Positions 51,678-59,549 of a DNA stretch of 64,000 nucleotides are shown one piece after another (within the stretch, counting starts at the first letter, position 1; each line of letters begins with the position of its first letter). The stretch spans positions 350 to 64,349 of the forward strand of contig JAGCUY010000038.1 of the NCBI GenBank assembly GCA_017962605.1, read 5' to 3'. Below the pieces are notes generated by a model. The model saw only the letters and a list, made by a program, of their open reading frames with translations. It was not told the origin of the DNA and ran no database searches. This stretch comes from Kiritimatiellia bacterium. Its GTDB lineage: Bacteria > Verrucomicrobiota > Kiritimatiellia > RFP12 > JAAYLN01. A program made the position numbers and the translations under genes.

Positions 51678-52646
51678 TCACCGCCTCGGGTGGAACTTGC
51701 GGTGGACGTCAAGGACCCGCTCGACATCGACGTGGGTGTATATCTGCGTAGTGGCGATGTCGGCGTGGCCAAGCATTTCCTGGATCGGGCGGATGCCCGC
51801 GCCATGCGACAGCAAATGAGAGGCGAAGCAGTGGCGCAGCGTATGCGGGTGGACATGCCCCCATATCCCCGCCTTCTTCGCCGCCTCCACCACGATGTTC
51901 CAGAGCATCTGCCGCGTCAACGGCTTCCCGCCCCTCGACGAGAGGAAAAGGCATACGGCTCCGCGCTCCTTGTCCAGCGCCGGACGTCCAGCCTCAAGAT
52001 AGCGCACGATCGCCCCAATGGCGCTTTGTCCAATCGGGACGACTCTCTCCTTGCTCCCCTTCCCTATGCACCGCAGCATGGCTTCTGGGAGGTTCACATC
52101 GTCAAGGCGAAGCGAAATCAACTCCGAGGCGCGAAGCCCGCAGGCGTAGAGAAGCTCCATCATCGCCCTGTTGCGGAGGTCGAGCGGCTTGTCGCCGTCA
52201 AAGGCCGAGACAATGGCCGCCGCCTGCTCTTCGGTAAGGCAGTCGGGAAGATGGCGCGGCAGCTTGGGACGCTCTATCGCCTCGGTTGGGTTGTTCTTGA
52301 CCGCGCCTTCCCCGACGAGCCAGCCGTAGAATGTGCGGAGGGCCATCAGGCGACGCGAGAGCGTGGTGGGCGCAAGGCGGCGGTCGCGTTCTGCGGCGAT
52401 GAAGTCGAGGACGTCGCGGCGCGTGGCATCCAGTAGGTCGCGACCACGCTGAGGCTGCGACAGGAAGGTGGCGAAAATGGAGACGTCGCGGCGGTAGGCG
52501 GCGCCGGTGTTGGCGGACAGGCCAAGGGCCAGCGCCATCTGCGCAGCCAGTTCAGCGGCTTCCGTGCGCTCGGGGGCCGGACTACTGGGCCTTCTTCGGT
52601 TCTCCCTTGAAGTCGTTGGCATCGTAGCCAATGTCCTTGATTGCAT
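51678..52646 (-). CDS. Tyrosine recombinase, XerC/XerD family
   Basis: It has GLSANTGAAYRRDVSIFATFL (N-terminal SAM-like domain) and the catalytic region ...HPHTLRHCFASHLLSHGAGIRPIQEMLGHADIATTQIYTHV. The start is uncertain (ATG 52646 or 52622, TTG 52667) and overlaps the upstream CDS. Confidence 0.85.
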   Translation of the reverse strand: MQSRTLATMPTTSRENRRRPSSPAPERTEAAELAAQMALALGLSANTGAAYRRDVSIFATFLSQPQRGRDLLDATRRDVLDFIAAERDRRLAPTTLSRRLMALRTFYGWLVGEGAVKNNPTEAIERPKLPRHLPDCLTEEQAAAIVSAFDGDKPLDLRNRAMMELLYACGLRASELISLRLDDVNLPEAMLRCIGKGSKERVVPIGQSAIGAIVRYLEAGRPALDKERGAVCLFLSSRGGKPLTRQMLWNIVVEAAKKAGIWGHVHPHTLRHCFASHLLSHGAGIRPIQEMLGHADIATTQIYTHVDVERVLDVHRKFHPRR

Positions 52647-52917
52647 GCTCGATGTTCTTGATGCCAAGCTTCATCGAATCATAGTGGACTGTCAAAACGC
52701 CGTCCTTGAAGGTTGCTCCGGCGGCATCGACGCCGTCGATTGCGCCAATCGCGGCGCGGATCTCAGCCTGGACAGCGGCCGTGGTGGCCTGCGGGACGCG
52801 CACCTCGGTCACGCGGATGTCTCGCTGGCGGCAGCCAGCGAGGATCGCTGCGGCGCATAGCGCCACCGCCGCATATTTGAAACCCGAAACCCGAAAACCG
52901 AAAACCGAACTATTCAT
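52582..52917 (-). CDS. Lipoprotein with HMA-like (ferredoxin-fold) domain lacking the CxxC metal motif
   Basis: ATG 52917 follows TAGGAGG. The lipobox is AAILAGC. ...VRVPQATTAAVQAEIRAAIGAIDGVDAAGATFKDGVLTVHYDSMKLGIKNIEHAIKDIGYDA resembles a heavy-metal-associated fold. Confidence 0.6.
   Translation of the reverse strand: MNSSVFGFRVSGFKYAAVALCAAAILAGCRQRDIRVTEVRVPQATTAAVQAEIRAAIGAIDGVDAAGATFKDGVLTVHYDSMKLGIKNIEHAIKDIGYDANDFKGEPKKAQ
52879..52910 (-). repeat. GAAA(C/A)CC heptad array inside the lipoprotein signal-peptide coding region
   Basis: GAAACCC GAAACCC GAAAACC GAAAACC GAAC on the plus strand. It encodes ...SVFGFRVSGFK... directly after the start codon. Confidence 0.85.
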
Positions 52918-52933
52918 TTTGCCTCCTAAGAGA

Positions 52934-53308
52934 TTACACACTCTCATCGTCCTTGATCTTGATCGTGCGGAAGCGCCGGACACCCGAGGGCAGCGGCCTC
53001 ACGCCCTTCTTTGCAATCACATGCTCGCATGTCGCCTCCGGACAGCCATGCTCGAAGGCGACGCAGCACTTGATCTGCTGGCAGAAGCCGTTGAGATTGT
53101 CGGGGTCAAGGGCGATGTTCTGATCCTTGGCCATGCGGATGGAAATCTTTATCGCCGTCGGGCGCTTCAGCCAGGTCGAGCAGCAGCAGGGGCGGCCGCA
53201 AAGGCCAATCCCGCCCAGCTTCGCCGCGAGGTCGCGGTTGTAATAGGCCGATTGCTTGTTGGCGCGCCCGGGGCCTTGCGCGTTTTTCTGCTGGGGGTAG
53301 GTGTTCAT
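52934..53308 (-). CDS. Cys-rich protein equal to the C-terminal half of RicT/YaaT (PSP1 family); the N-terminal PSP1 domain is absent
   Basis: AKLGGIGLCGRPCCCSTWLKRPTAIKISIRMAKDQNIALDPDNLNGFCQQIKCCVAFE parallels the B. subtilis YaaT segment ..MLGGIGPCGRMLCCSTFLGDFEPVSIKMAKDQNLSLNP.KISGLCGRLMCCLKYE (recalled from memory). There is an ATGA overlap with the holB stop. Confidence 0.7.
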   Translation of the reverse strand: MNTYPQQKNAQGPGRANKQSAYYNRDLAAKLGGIGLCGRPCCCSTWLKRPTAIKISIRMAKDQNIALDPDNLNGFCQQIKCCVAFEHGCPEATCEHVIAKKGVRPLPSGVRRFRTIKIKDDESV

Positions 53309-54330
53309 TTTCGCCTTGCTCCAAAATCGATGCGGTCAAACCAGTATGGGAATACCATTGCGTCAGGGAGGTTGCGCTCCTCCAGCTGGGCGGCGAGGCT
53401 TTCGACGGCCTCGACATTGGCGATTGCCGTGGCGAGCGGGATGCGCGCGGCGCGTTCGCGAATGGCGTCCGCGTATGCGGCGTAGTGTATTGGGGCATCG
53501 CCGCCGGCGGCGGCCACGGCCAGGAGGTCGCGGAGCCAGCGCTGGATCGTCACGATAAGCAGCGAGCGCTTCTGACGGTATAGGGCCGTGACGCGCGCCT
53601 CCTCCTCGTCCTTGTCAACATTGACGCCCTCGTCCTCGGTGTCGGCGGCTTCGGCCTTGGCTTCCTCCTCTGCCTCTTCGCGCATTTCCTCGAGGATGGC
53701 GAGCGCCTTCTGCGAGTAGGCATTGGCGGCGAAGGGGCCGGTGGCGCCAATTGAAGAGAGGAGGTCCAGCAGCGGCTCGAAGTACTTTGGCTCAAGCTCA
53801 GCGGGCGGTGAGGAAAGGGCTATCGACTCGCAGCGCGACGTGATGGTTGGCAGCAGGGTCTGCGGCGCGTCGGTGAGGAGAAGCAGAAGCGTCTGCGGCG
53901 GCGGCTCCTCCAGTGTCTTAAGAAGGGCGTTGGCCGCCGCGTTGTTGAGACGGTCTGCAAACTCGATGACGCCGAACTTCCAGCCGCCGAGGAGTGCCGT
54001 CTCGTTGAGCCACGGTATGAAATACGGGGGCGGGATCTTGTTGTCGGTGCCGGGAGGCCCGCGCCGCATCTGGTCAACGGAGATGACGCGCGACTTTTTC
54101 ATCGGGCGGAGCCAAAAGGCATCGGGGAAGGTGCGGGCGGCGATTTGGCGGCAGGAGTCGCATTGGCCGCAGGGGCTGGCGCCGCCGCCCTTGCACGCCA
54201 CGAGCTGCATGGCGAATGTGGCGAAGTCGGCGGCGGCCCCGCGCGGCGGCCCCACGATGATGTAGGCGTGCGCAAGGCGTCCGGAGGCGAAGGCCGTGCG
54301 GAAATAAGCCTGTGCCTCGGCCATCAACAT
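53305..54330 (-). CDS. holB: DNA polymerase III subunit delta'
   Basis: Contains GRLAHAYIIVGPPRG..., the zinc-module remnant CGQCDSCRQIAARTFPDAFWLRP, and LKTLEEPPPQTLLLLLT. Confidence 0.9.
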   Translation of the reverse strand: MLMAEAQAYFRTAFASGRLAHAYIIVGPPRGAAADFATFAMQLVACKGGGASPCGQCDSCRQIAARTFPDAFWLRPMKKSRVISVDQMRRGPPGTDNKIPPPYFIPWLNETALLGGWKFGVIEFADRLNNAAANALLKTLEEPPPQTLLLLLTDAPQTLLPTITSRCESIALSSPPAELEPKYFEPLLDLLSSIGATGPFAANAYSQKALAILEEMREEAEEEAKAEAADTEDEGVNVDKDEEEARVTALYRQKRSLLIVTIQRWLRDLLAVAAAGGDAPIHYAAYADAIRERAARIPLATAIANVEAVESLAAQLEERNLPDAMVFPYWFDRIDFGARRK

Positions 54331-55001
54331 GGCGAACCCTCTTTGTGCGTGGCATCAGCCCCAAAAGGAGCGAAGCGCCGTTCCGCTTCGCACCAGATGG
54401 CGGCGGCGGTTTCCTCAAGCGGGCGCTCGGTGTCGATGCGCACGATGCGACCGGGGGCGGCGGCAGCGATGGCCTCGAAGCCCTCACGCACGCGGCGGTG
54501 AAAGTCGTCTTCCTCACGCTCGAAGCGGTCCGCGCCCACGCCAGTGCCGTAGCGGGCGTCGAGGCGGCCATTGCGCGTCTCGACGGATGCCTCCAAAAGG
54601 AAGGTCAGGTCTGGCACGAGGCCGCCGGTGGCGAAGTCGATGAGAGCGCGGAGGGAGGCGAGGTCGAAGCCGCGCCCGTAGCCTTGGTAGGCAAGGGTGG
54701 AGTCGGAGAAGCGGTCGCATAGCACCCATGCGCCGCGCTCAATGGCCGGCCTGATCACGTTGCTGATCAACTGGGCCCGGCTGGCGCAGAAGAGCAGCGC
54801 CTCCGCCTCCGGCGTAGGCGGCTCGCCGCCGGCGTCGAACTGCAGCAGGCCGCGTATGGCCTCGCAGAGCGGGGTCCCGCCCGGCTCGCGGGTCAGCACC
54901 GTCTCCACGCCGAGGCCGCGCAGGCGTTCGGCGAGGAGGGCGATGTGGGTGGTCTTGCCGCAGCCTTCGCCGCCTTCAAAAGATATGAAGCAGCCGGTCA
55001 C
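54324..55001 (-). CDS. tmk: dTMP kinase
   Basis: It has the FISFEGGEGCGKTTHIALL P-loop and the DRFSDSTLAYQG motif. The GTG start overlaps the cysS stop (GTGA). Confidence 0.93.
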   Translation of the reverse strand: MTGCFISFEGGEGCGKTTHIALLAERLRGLGVETVLTREPGGTPLCEAIRGLLQFDAGGEPPTPEAEALLFCASRAQLISNVIRPAIERGAWVLCDRFSDSTLAYQGYGRGFDLASLRALIDFATGGLVPDLTFLLEASVETRNGRLDARYGTGVGADRFEREEDDFHRRVREGFEAIAAAAPGRIVRIDTERPLEETAAAIWCEAERRFAPFGADATHKEGSPC

Positions 55002-56455
55002 AGTTTCTGAACCTTCTGCCCCTGCTTGGTGTCCTTGACTTCCCAGCCCATTCCCTTGAGCTGGTCACGGAGCTGGTCGGAGGCGGCCCAGTCCTTGGCG
55101 GTGCGGGCTGCCGCGCGGGCGTCGAGAAGCGACTGGACTTCGGCAGGGATCGCCTCTTCGGCGGCGGGCTTGCCGACGTAGATGAAGGCGAGCACTTCGT
55201 CCATGCGGCGGAGGGCGGCCTCGATTGGCACGGCGATGGCCGCCGCCTCACCGGGCGCAGCGGCGTCAAGGGCGGCGTTGCCGTCGCGGACAAGGCCGAA
55301 GAGCGCCGCCAGGGCATTGGGGGTGTTGAGGTCGTCGGTGAGCGCCGCCGAGAAGGCTTCGAGGGCCTTGGACGCCGCCGTGGCAGGCGCAGTCTGAAGG
55401 ACTGCGCCGACAGGACGGGAGGGCTCGCCAATGGAAACGGCATCGGTTCCCTTCGCCTCGGCGAGGCGCTGGGTAAAGGCGTCGATGCGGGAGAGGGCGG
55501 AGCGGGCCGCCGCCAGCGCGTCGAAGGTGAAGTTCAGTGTCTGGCGGTAGTGGCCGTTCACGAGGACGAAGCGGATCTCGCGGCCTGTCCAGCCACGGTT
55601 AAAGAGGTCGCGGAGGGTGTAGAAGTTGCCGAGAGACTTCGACATCTTCTCGCCGTTGAGGCGCAGGTGGGCGCAGTGCATCCAGAGGCGGGCGAAGGGC
55701 TTGCCGGTGGCGCCTTCCGCCTGCGCCGTCTCGTTGGCGTGGTGCGGGAAGAGGTTGTCGATGCCGCCGGTGTGGATGTCGAAGGTCTCGCCGAGATACT
55801 TCATCGACATCGCCGAGCACTCGATGTGCCAGCCCGGGCGGCCAGGCCCCCAGGGGGAATCCCATACGACGTCGCCGTCGTCGTCTGAGTGCGCTTTCCA
55901 GAGGGCGAAGTCGCCAACGGCGACCTTGTCGTATTCATCCTGCGAGACACGGGCGCCGCCCTGCATGCCTTCGAGGTCGATGTGGGCCGGATGGCCGTAG
56001 CCGGCGAACTTGGCCACGGAGAAATAGACCGAGCCGTCGTCGGACTTGTAGGCAAGGCCCTTGTCGAAGAGCGCATGGATGAGGGCCAGCATCTCGGGAA
56101 TGTGGTCGGTCGCGGCGGGGTATTTGGCGGCCGGAGTGATGCCGAGCGACTTGATGTCCTCGAAGAAGGCGTCGATGTAGGGCTTGGTGTATTGCTTCAG
56201 CGGGATGCCGGCGGCCTTGGCGCCGCGGATGGTCTTGTCATCCACGTCGGTGAGGTTCATGATCTGCGTGACCTTGTAGCCGGCGAAGGCTAGGGCGCGG
56301 TGCAGGATGTCCTCGAAGACGTATGCGCGGAAGTTGCCGATGTGGGCGAAGTTGTAAACGGTGGGGCCGCAGGTGTACATCCTCGCCTCGCCCTCGTGGA
56401 GCGGCTCGAATGGGCGCACTGTGCGCGTTGCGGTGTCGTAGAAGTTCAGTTGCAT
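54998..56455 (-). CDS. cysS: Cysteine--tRNA ligase
   Basis: It has the HIGH-type motif AHIGNFRAY, KMSKS (GEKMSKSLGN) and a C-terminal DALR-like region. 485 aa. Confidence 0.97.
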   Translation of the reverse strand: MQLNFYDTATRTVRPFEPLHEGEARMYTCGPTVYNFAHIGNFRAYVFEDILHRALAFAGYKVTQIMNLTDVDDKTIRGAKAAGIPLKQYTKPYIDAFFEDIKSLGITPAAKYPAATDHIPEMLALIHALFDKGLAYKSDDGSVYFSVAKFAGYGHPAHIDLEGMQGGARVSQDEYDKVAVGDFALWKAHSDDDGDVVWDSPWGPGRPGWHIECSAMSMKYLGETFDIHTGGIDNLFPHHANETAQAEGATGKPFARLWMHCAHLRLNGEKMSKSLGNFYTLRDLFNRGWTGREIRFVLVNGHYRQTLNFTFDALAAARSALSRIDAFTQRLAEAKGTDAVSIGEPSRPVGAVLQTAPATAASKALEAFSAALTDDLNTPNALAALFGLVRDGNAALDAAAPGEAAAIAVPIEAALRRMDEVLAFIYVGKPAAEEAIPAEVQSLLDARAAARTAKDWAASDQLRDQLKGMGWEVKDTKQGQKVQKL

Positions 56456-56466
56456 GGTCGTTTTTC

Positions 56467-58401
56467 CTAGTTTTTCCTAAGGCGTTCGATGAACTCGTGG
56501 CATTCGCCGACGGACTGCCCTTCAATGCAGATGCGGTGCCAGAGTTCGAGGTTGATGAGAATCCAGAGGCGGAAGTTGTGGTCGGCCTTGCCGCCGATAT
56601 GCTCCTCGACGAGGCGGTCGATGGCCTCCTGGCGGAAGAGGCCGAGCTCGACGAAGCGCGACTCGCGGAAGAGGTTCCGCTGGAAGGGCGCGAGGTCGGA
56701 GCGCAGCCACTTCGCAATTGGGAAGCCGAATCCCTGCTTGGGGCGGTCGACGAGATCGGCGCCCATGTAGCGCTTGGCGACGTTGCGGAGGATGTACTTG
56801 AGGCCGCGGCCGGTGCCGCGCAGCTTGATGGAGCAAGGCAGCGAGGCGGCAAACTCGGTGACGCGGTAGTCGATCAGCGGCGGACGCACTTCAATGGAGT
56901 GCGCCATCGACATGCGGTCGGTGATGGCCAGCAGCTGGTCGGGGATGCGCGTCATGAGGTCGGTGTAGAGCATCCGGTCGAGGTATTCGGAGGCCGTGCC
57001 GTCGTCGAAGTATTTCAGGATCTGGCGCACCGAGTCGGTGTCGGCGATGCGGCGCTGGGCGTCGTCGGTGAAGAGGTCGTCCTTCTGCTCCTGGGTGAAG
57101 CGCAGGACGGACATCGAGCGTGCGTAGGCGTCGCCTGGCGTGCGGGCATGGCCGCCGATGTCGTTGAGCCAGCGCAACTTTCCGGCTAGGCTCTTGTAGC
57201 CGAAGGATTCGGGGATGAGGCCGATAAGCGGGGCTGCCACGCCGCGACGCAGGAAGCCGGGAACAAGTCCGTAGAGCCGCGCAAGCTTCTGCCCTGCGAA
57301 GCGGTCGTAGCCGGCGAAGTTCTCGTCGCCGCCGTCGCCGGAGAGGACGACCTTGTCGTATTTGGCGGCAAGCTGCGAGACGAGGTAAACGCCCACGCCG
57401 AAGGGGTCGGCTGGCTCGTCCATGTGGAAAACCATCTCCGGCAGGTTGGCGACGAGGTCGGCCTCCACGGTTTCCGTCTTCCAGTCGAGTCCGTATTGGC
57501 GCGCGATCTTCTCAGCCCACGGCAGTTCGTTGATCTGGTCGTTCACGCCGATGGAGAAGGTGTGGAAGCTCTTGCCGGTTATCTTGGCCGTCATGGCCGT
57601 GATGAGCGAAGAGTCGATGCCGCCGGAGAGGAAGGTGCCAACGGGAACGTCGGATAGCAGGTGGAGCGAGATCGTATCGAGGAGGAGGGACTCGAGCTTG
57701 TCGGTGAGTTCCTTCTCGGTGCCGTCGATTTTGTCGCGGAAGGTGTCGAGGCTCCAGTAGCGGCGCGTGGTGACGGCGCCGTCCTGCCAGATGGCGTAGG
57801 TGGCGGCCGGGAGCTTGCGGACGCCATCGAAGAGCGAGCGGTCGTCTGGGAGGTAGCGCAGCGACATGTAATGCCACAGACCTTCGAGATCGACCTTGCG
57901 CTCAAGCAGGCCCGACGCGAGGACGGACTTCGGCTCGGAGGCGAATGCGAATGATGCGCCGTTCGAGGCGTAGAAGAGGGGCTTCTGGCCGAGGTGGTCG
58001 CGGGCCATGACCAGGCGGCGGCGTGGCGCGTCCCAGATTGCGACGGCGAACATGCCTCGAAGGTCGGCGAAGCAGTTCTCGCCCTTCTCCTCGTAGAGGT
58101 GGAGGATGACCTCGACGTCGGTGGCAGTCTTGAAGGAGTGCCCCCTGCCCTTCAGCTGGTCGCGCAGCGTGGGGCTGTTGTATATCTCCCCGTTGCAGAC
58201 GAGCCACAGGGTGCCTTCCTCGTTGGGGATGGGCTGGTGGCCGCCGGCGAGGTCATTGATGCTCAGGCGGCGCTGCCCAAGGGAAATCGTGGCCTCCGAG
58301 TGGAAGCCCTCGTCATCGGGGCCGCGATAGGCCATGATGTCGGTCATGGCCTTGATGCGGCTCTCGTGATTTTCGCAAATTAGCCCGGCAATCCCGCACA
58401 T
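56467..58401 (-). CDS. asnB: Asparagine synthase (glutamine-hydrolysing), long AsnB-type amidotransferase
   Basis: It has the N-terminal nucleophile MCGIAGLI and the PP-loop FLSGGIDSS. 644 aa. Confidence 0.9.
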   Translation of the reverse strand: MCGIAGLICENHESRIKAMTDIMAYRGPDDEGFHSEATISLGQRRLSINDLAGGHQPIPNEEGTLWLVCNGEIYNSPTLRDQLKGRGHSFKTATDVEVILHLYEEKGENCFADLRGMFAVAIWDAPRRRLVMARDHLGQKPLFYASNGASFAFASEPKSVLASGLLERKVDLEGLWHYMSLRYLPDDRSLFDGVRKLPAATYAIWQDGAVTTRRYWSLDTFRDKIDGTEKELTDKLESLLLDTISLHLLSDVPVGTFLSGGIDSSLITAMTAKITGKSFHTFSIGVNDQINELPWAEKIARQYGLDWKTETVEADLVANLPEMVFHMDEPADPFGVGVYLVSQLAAKYDKVVLSGDGGDENFAGYDRFAGQKLARLYGLVPGFLRRGVAAPLIGLIPESFGYKSLAGKLRWLNDIGGHARTPGDAYARSMSVLRFTQEQKDDLFTDDAQRRIADTDSVRQILKYFDDGTASEYLDRMLYTDLMTRIPDQLLAITDRMSMAHSIEVRPPLIDYRVTEFAASLPCSIKLRGTGRGLKYILRNVAKRYMGADLVDRPKQGFGFPIAKWLRSDLAPFQRNLFRESRFVELGLFRQEAIDRLVEEHIGGKADHNFRLWILINLELWHRICIEGQSVGECHEFIERLRKN

Positions 58402-58406
58402 AGTAT

Positions 58407-58510
58407 CTCAAATTCCAGATCACAAATTTGAAATTACAAATTCCAAATTCTAACTAACTACTAACAACCTACTAGCCACTAACAACTAACAACTAGCGAC
58501 TAACCACTAA
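58407..58510. repeat. Heptanucleotide array, ~15 units in two word blocks
   Basis: CTCAAAT TCCAGAT CACAAAT TTGAAAT TACAAAT TCCAAAT then TCTAACT AACTACT AACAACC TACTAGC CACTAAC AACTAAC AACTAGC GACTAAC CACTAA. It overlaps the epimerase stop codon and ends 6 nt before the asnB start. Confidence 0.9.
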
Positions 58511-59523
58511 AGCAATCCCTGCTCCTTATACCACTCGAATGTGCGGCGCAGGCCTTCGTCGAGGCCGACCTTGGGATCGTAGCCAAGTTCCGTGCGGGCG
58601 CGGGTGATGTCGAAGGCGCGGTTCTGGCGGAACCAATCGACGCGGCGCGGGTGCAGCGGCGGCGCGATATGCAGAGGCTTGCAGATGGCCTGGCAGATGT
58701 GGCCTGCGGCCACGACCGGCCATGTCGGGTAATGGCGGAAACGCACCGTCGTCCCCATCGCCTTCGCGGTGCGCTCCACGAGGTCGCGGATCGACACGTA
58801 TTCGGCGTCGGCCGCCAGGTAGGCGCGGCCGTTGCTCTTCTCGTTCTTCTCGTCCATAGCCAGCACGAAGACATCGACGAGGTTGTCGATGTAAACGGGG
58901 TGGTAGAGGGTCTTGCCGTCGCCGATCATCGGGAAGACGCCCTTGGCGACGCGGCGGAAGATCATGTTGAAGCGCTCGGGGTCGCCCGGCCCGTAGATGG
59001 CCGACGGCCTCACGATCGACGCCTTCAGCTTTCCAGACTTCACGAACTCAAGCGTGACCGGCTCGGCCTTGTATTTCGACATCTGGTAGTAGTCGGCCGG
59101 CGCGATGTTGTGATCCTCGTCGGTCGGCGGGTTCAGGACGTTGCCGTGGATGCCGCAGGTGGAGCAATAGACGAACTTCTTCACGCCCGCCTTGGCCGCC
59201 TCCTCAAGGCAGATGCGCGTGCCGCCGATGTTCACGTCATCATAGTAAGATTCCGGAACGTCCATCTCGCGGAAGGCGGCGGCGATGTGCTGGACGTAGT
59301 CCACGCCCTTCATGCAGCGGGCGACGCACTCGCGATTGGTCACGCCCTGGGGGTCGAGGACGACCTCCGCGCCAAGCGACTCAAGCTCCTTCACGCTGTT
59401 GAAGCCTTTCGCCACGCCGGGCTTGTAGTCCATGGCCACCACCTGGTGGCCCTGCGAAAGCAGCCGCTTCACAAGCGCCTTGCCGGTGAATCCCGTTCCG
59501 CCAGTAACAAGTATCTTTGCCAT
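58507..59523 (-). CDS. NAD-dependent epimerase/dehydratase (extended SDR)
   Basis: The start is ATG 59523. It has ILVTGGTGFTGKAL (Rossmann motif) and the YQMSKYKAE catalytic YxxxK. Confidence 0.9.
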   Translation of the reverse strand: MAKILVTGGTGFTGKALVKRLLSQGHQVVAMDYKPGVAKGFNSVKELESLGAEVVLDPQGVTNRECVARCMKGVDYVQHIAAAFREMDVPESYYDDVNIGGTRICLEEAAKAGVKKFVYCSTCGIHGNVLNPPTDEDHNIAPADYYQMSKYKAEPVTLEFVKSGKLKASIVRPSAIYGPGDPERFNMIFRRVAKGVFPMIGDGKTLYHPVYIDNLVDVFVLAMDEKNEKSNGRAYLAADAEYVSIRDLVERTAKAMGTTVRFRHYPTWPVVAAGHICQAICKPLHIAPPLHPRRVDWFRQNRAFDITRARTELGYDPKVGLDEGLRRTFEWYKEQGLL

Positions 59524-59549
59524 TGTTTCTCCGTCTGGTAAGTTGAAGG

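Noticed and set aside
51678-52646. The tyrosine recombinase considered as the integrase of a mobile element (possibly linked to the ATPase islands).
   Set aside because: The sequence fits housekeeping XerC/XerD. It sits at the end of a cysS-tmk-holB run with no flanking direct repeats that I could see.
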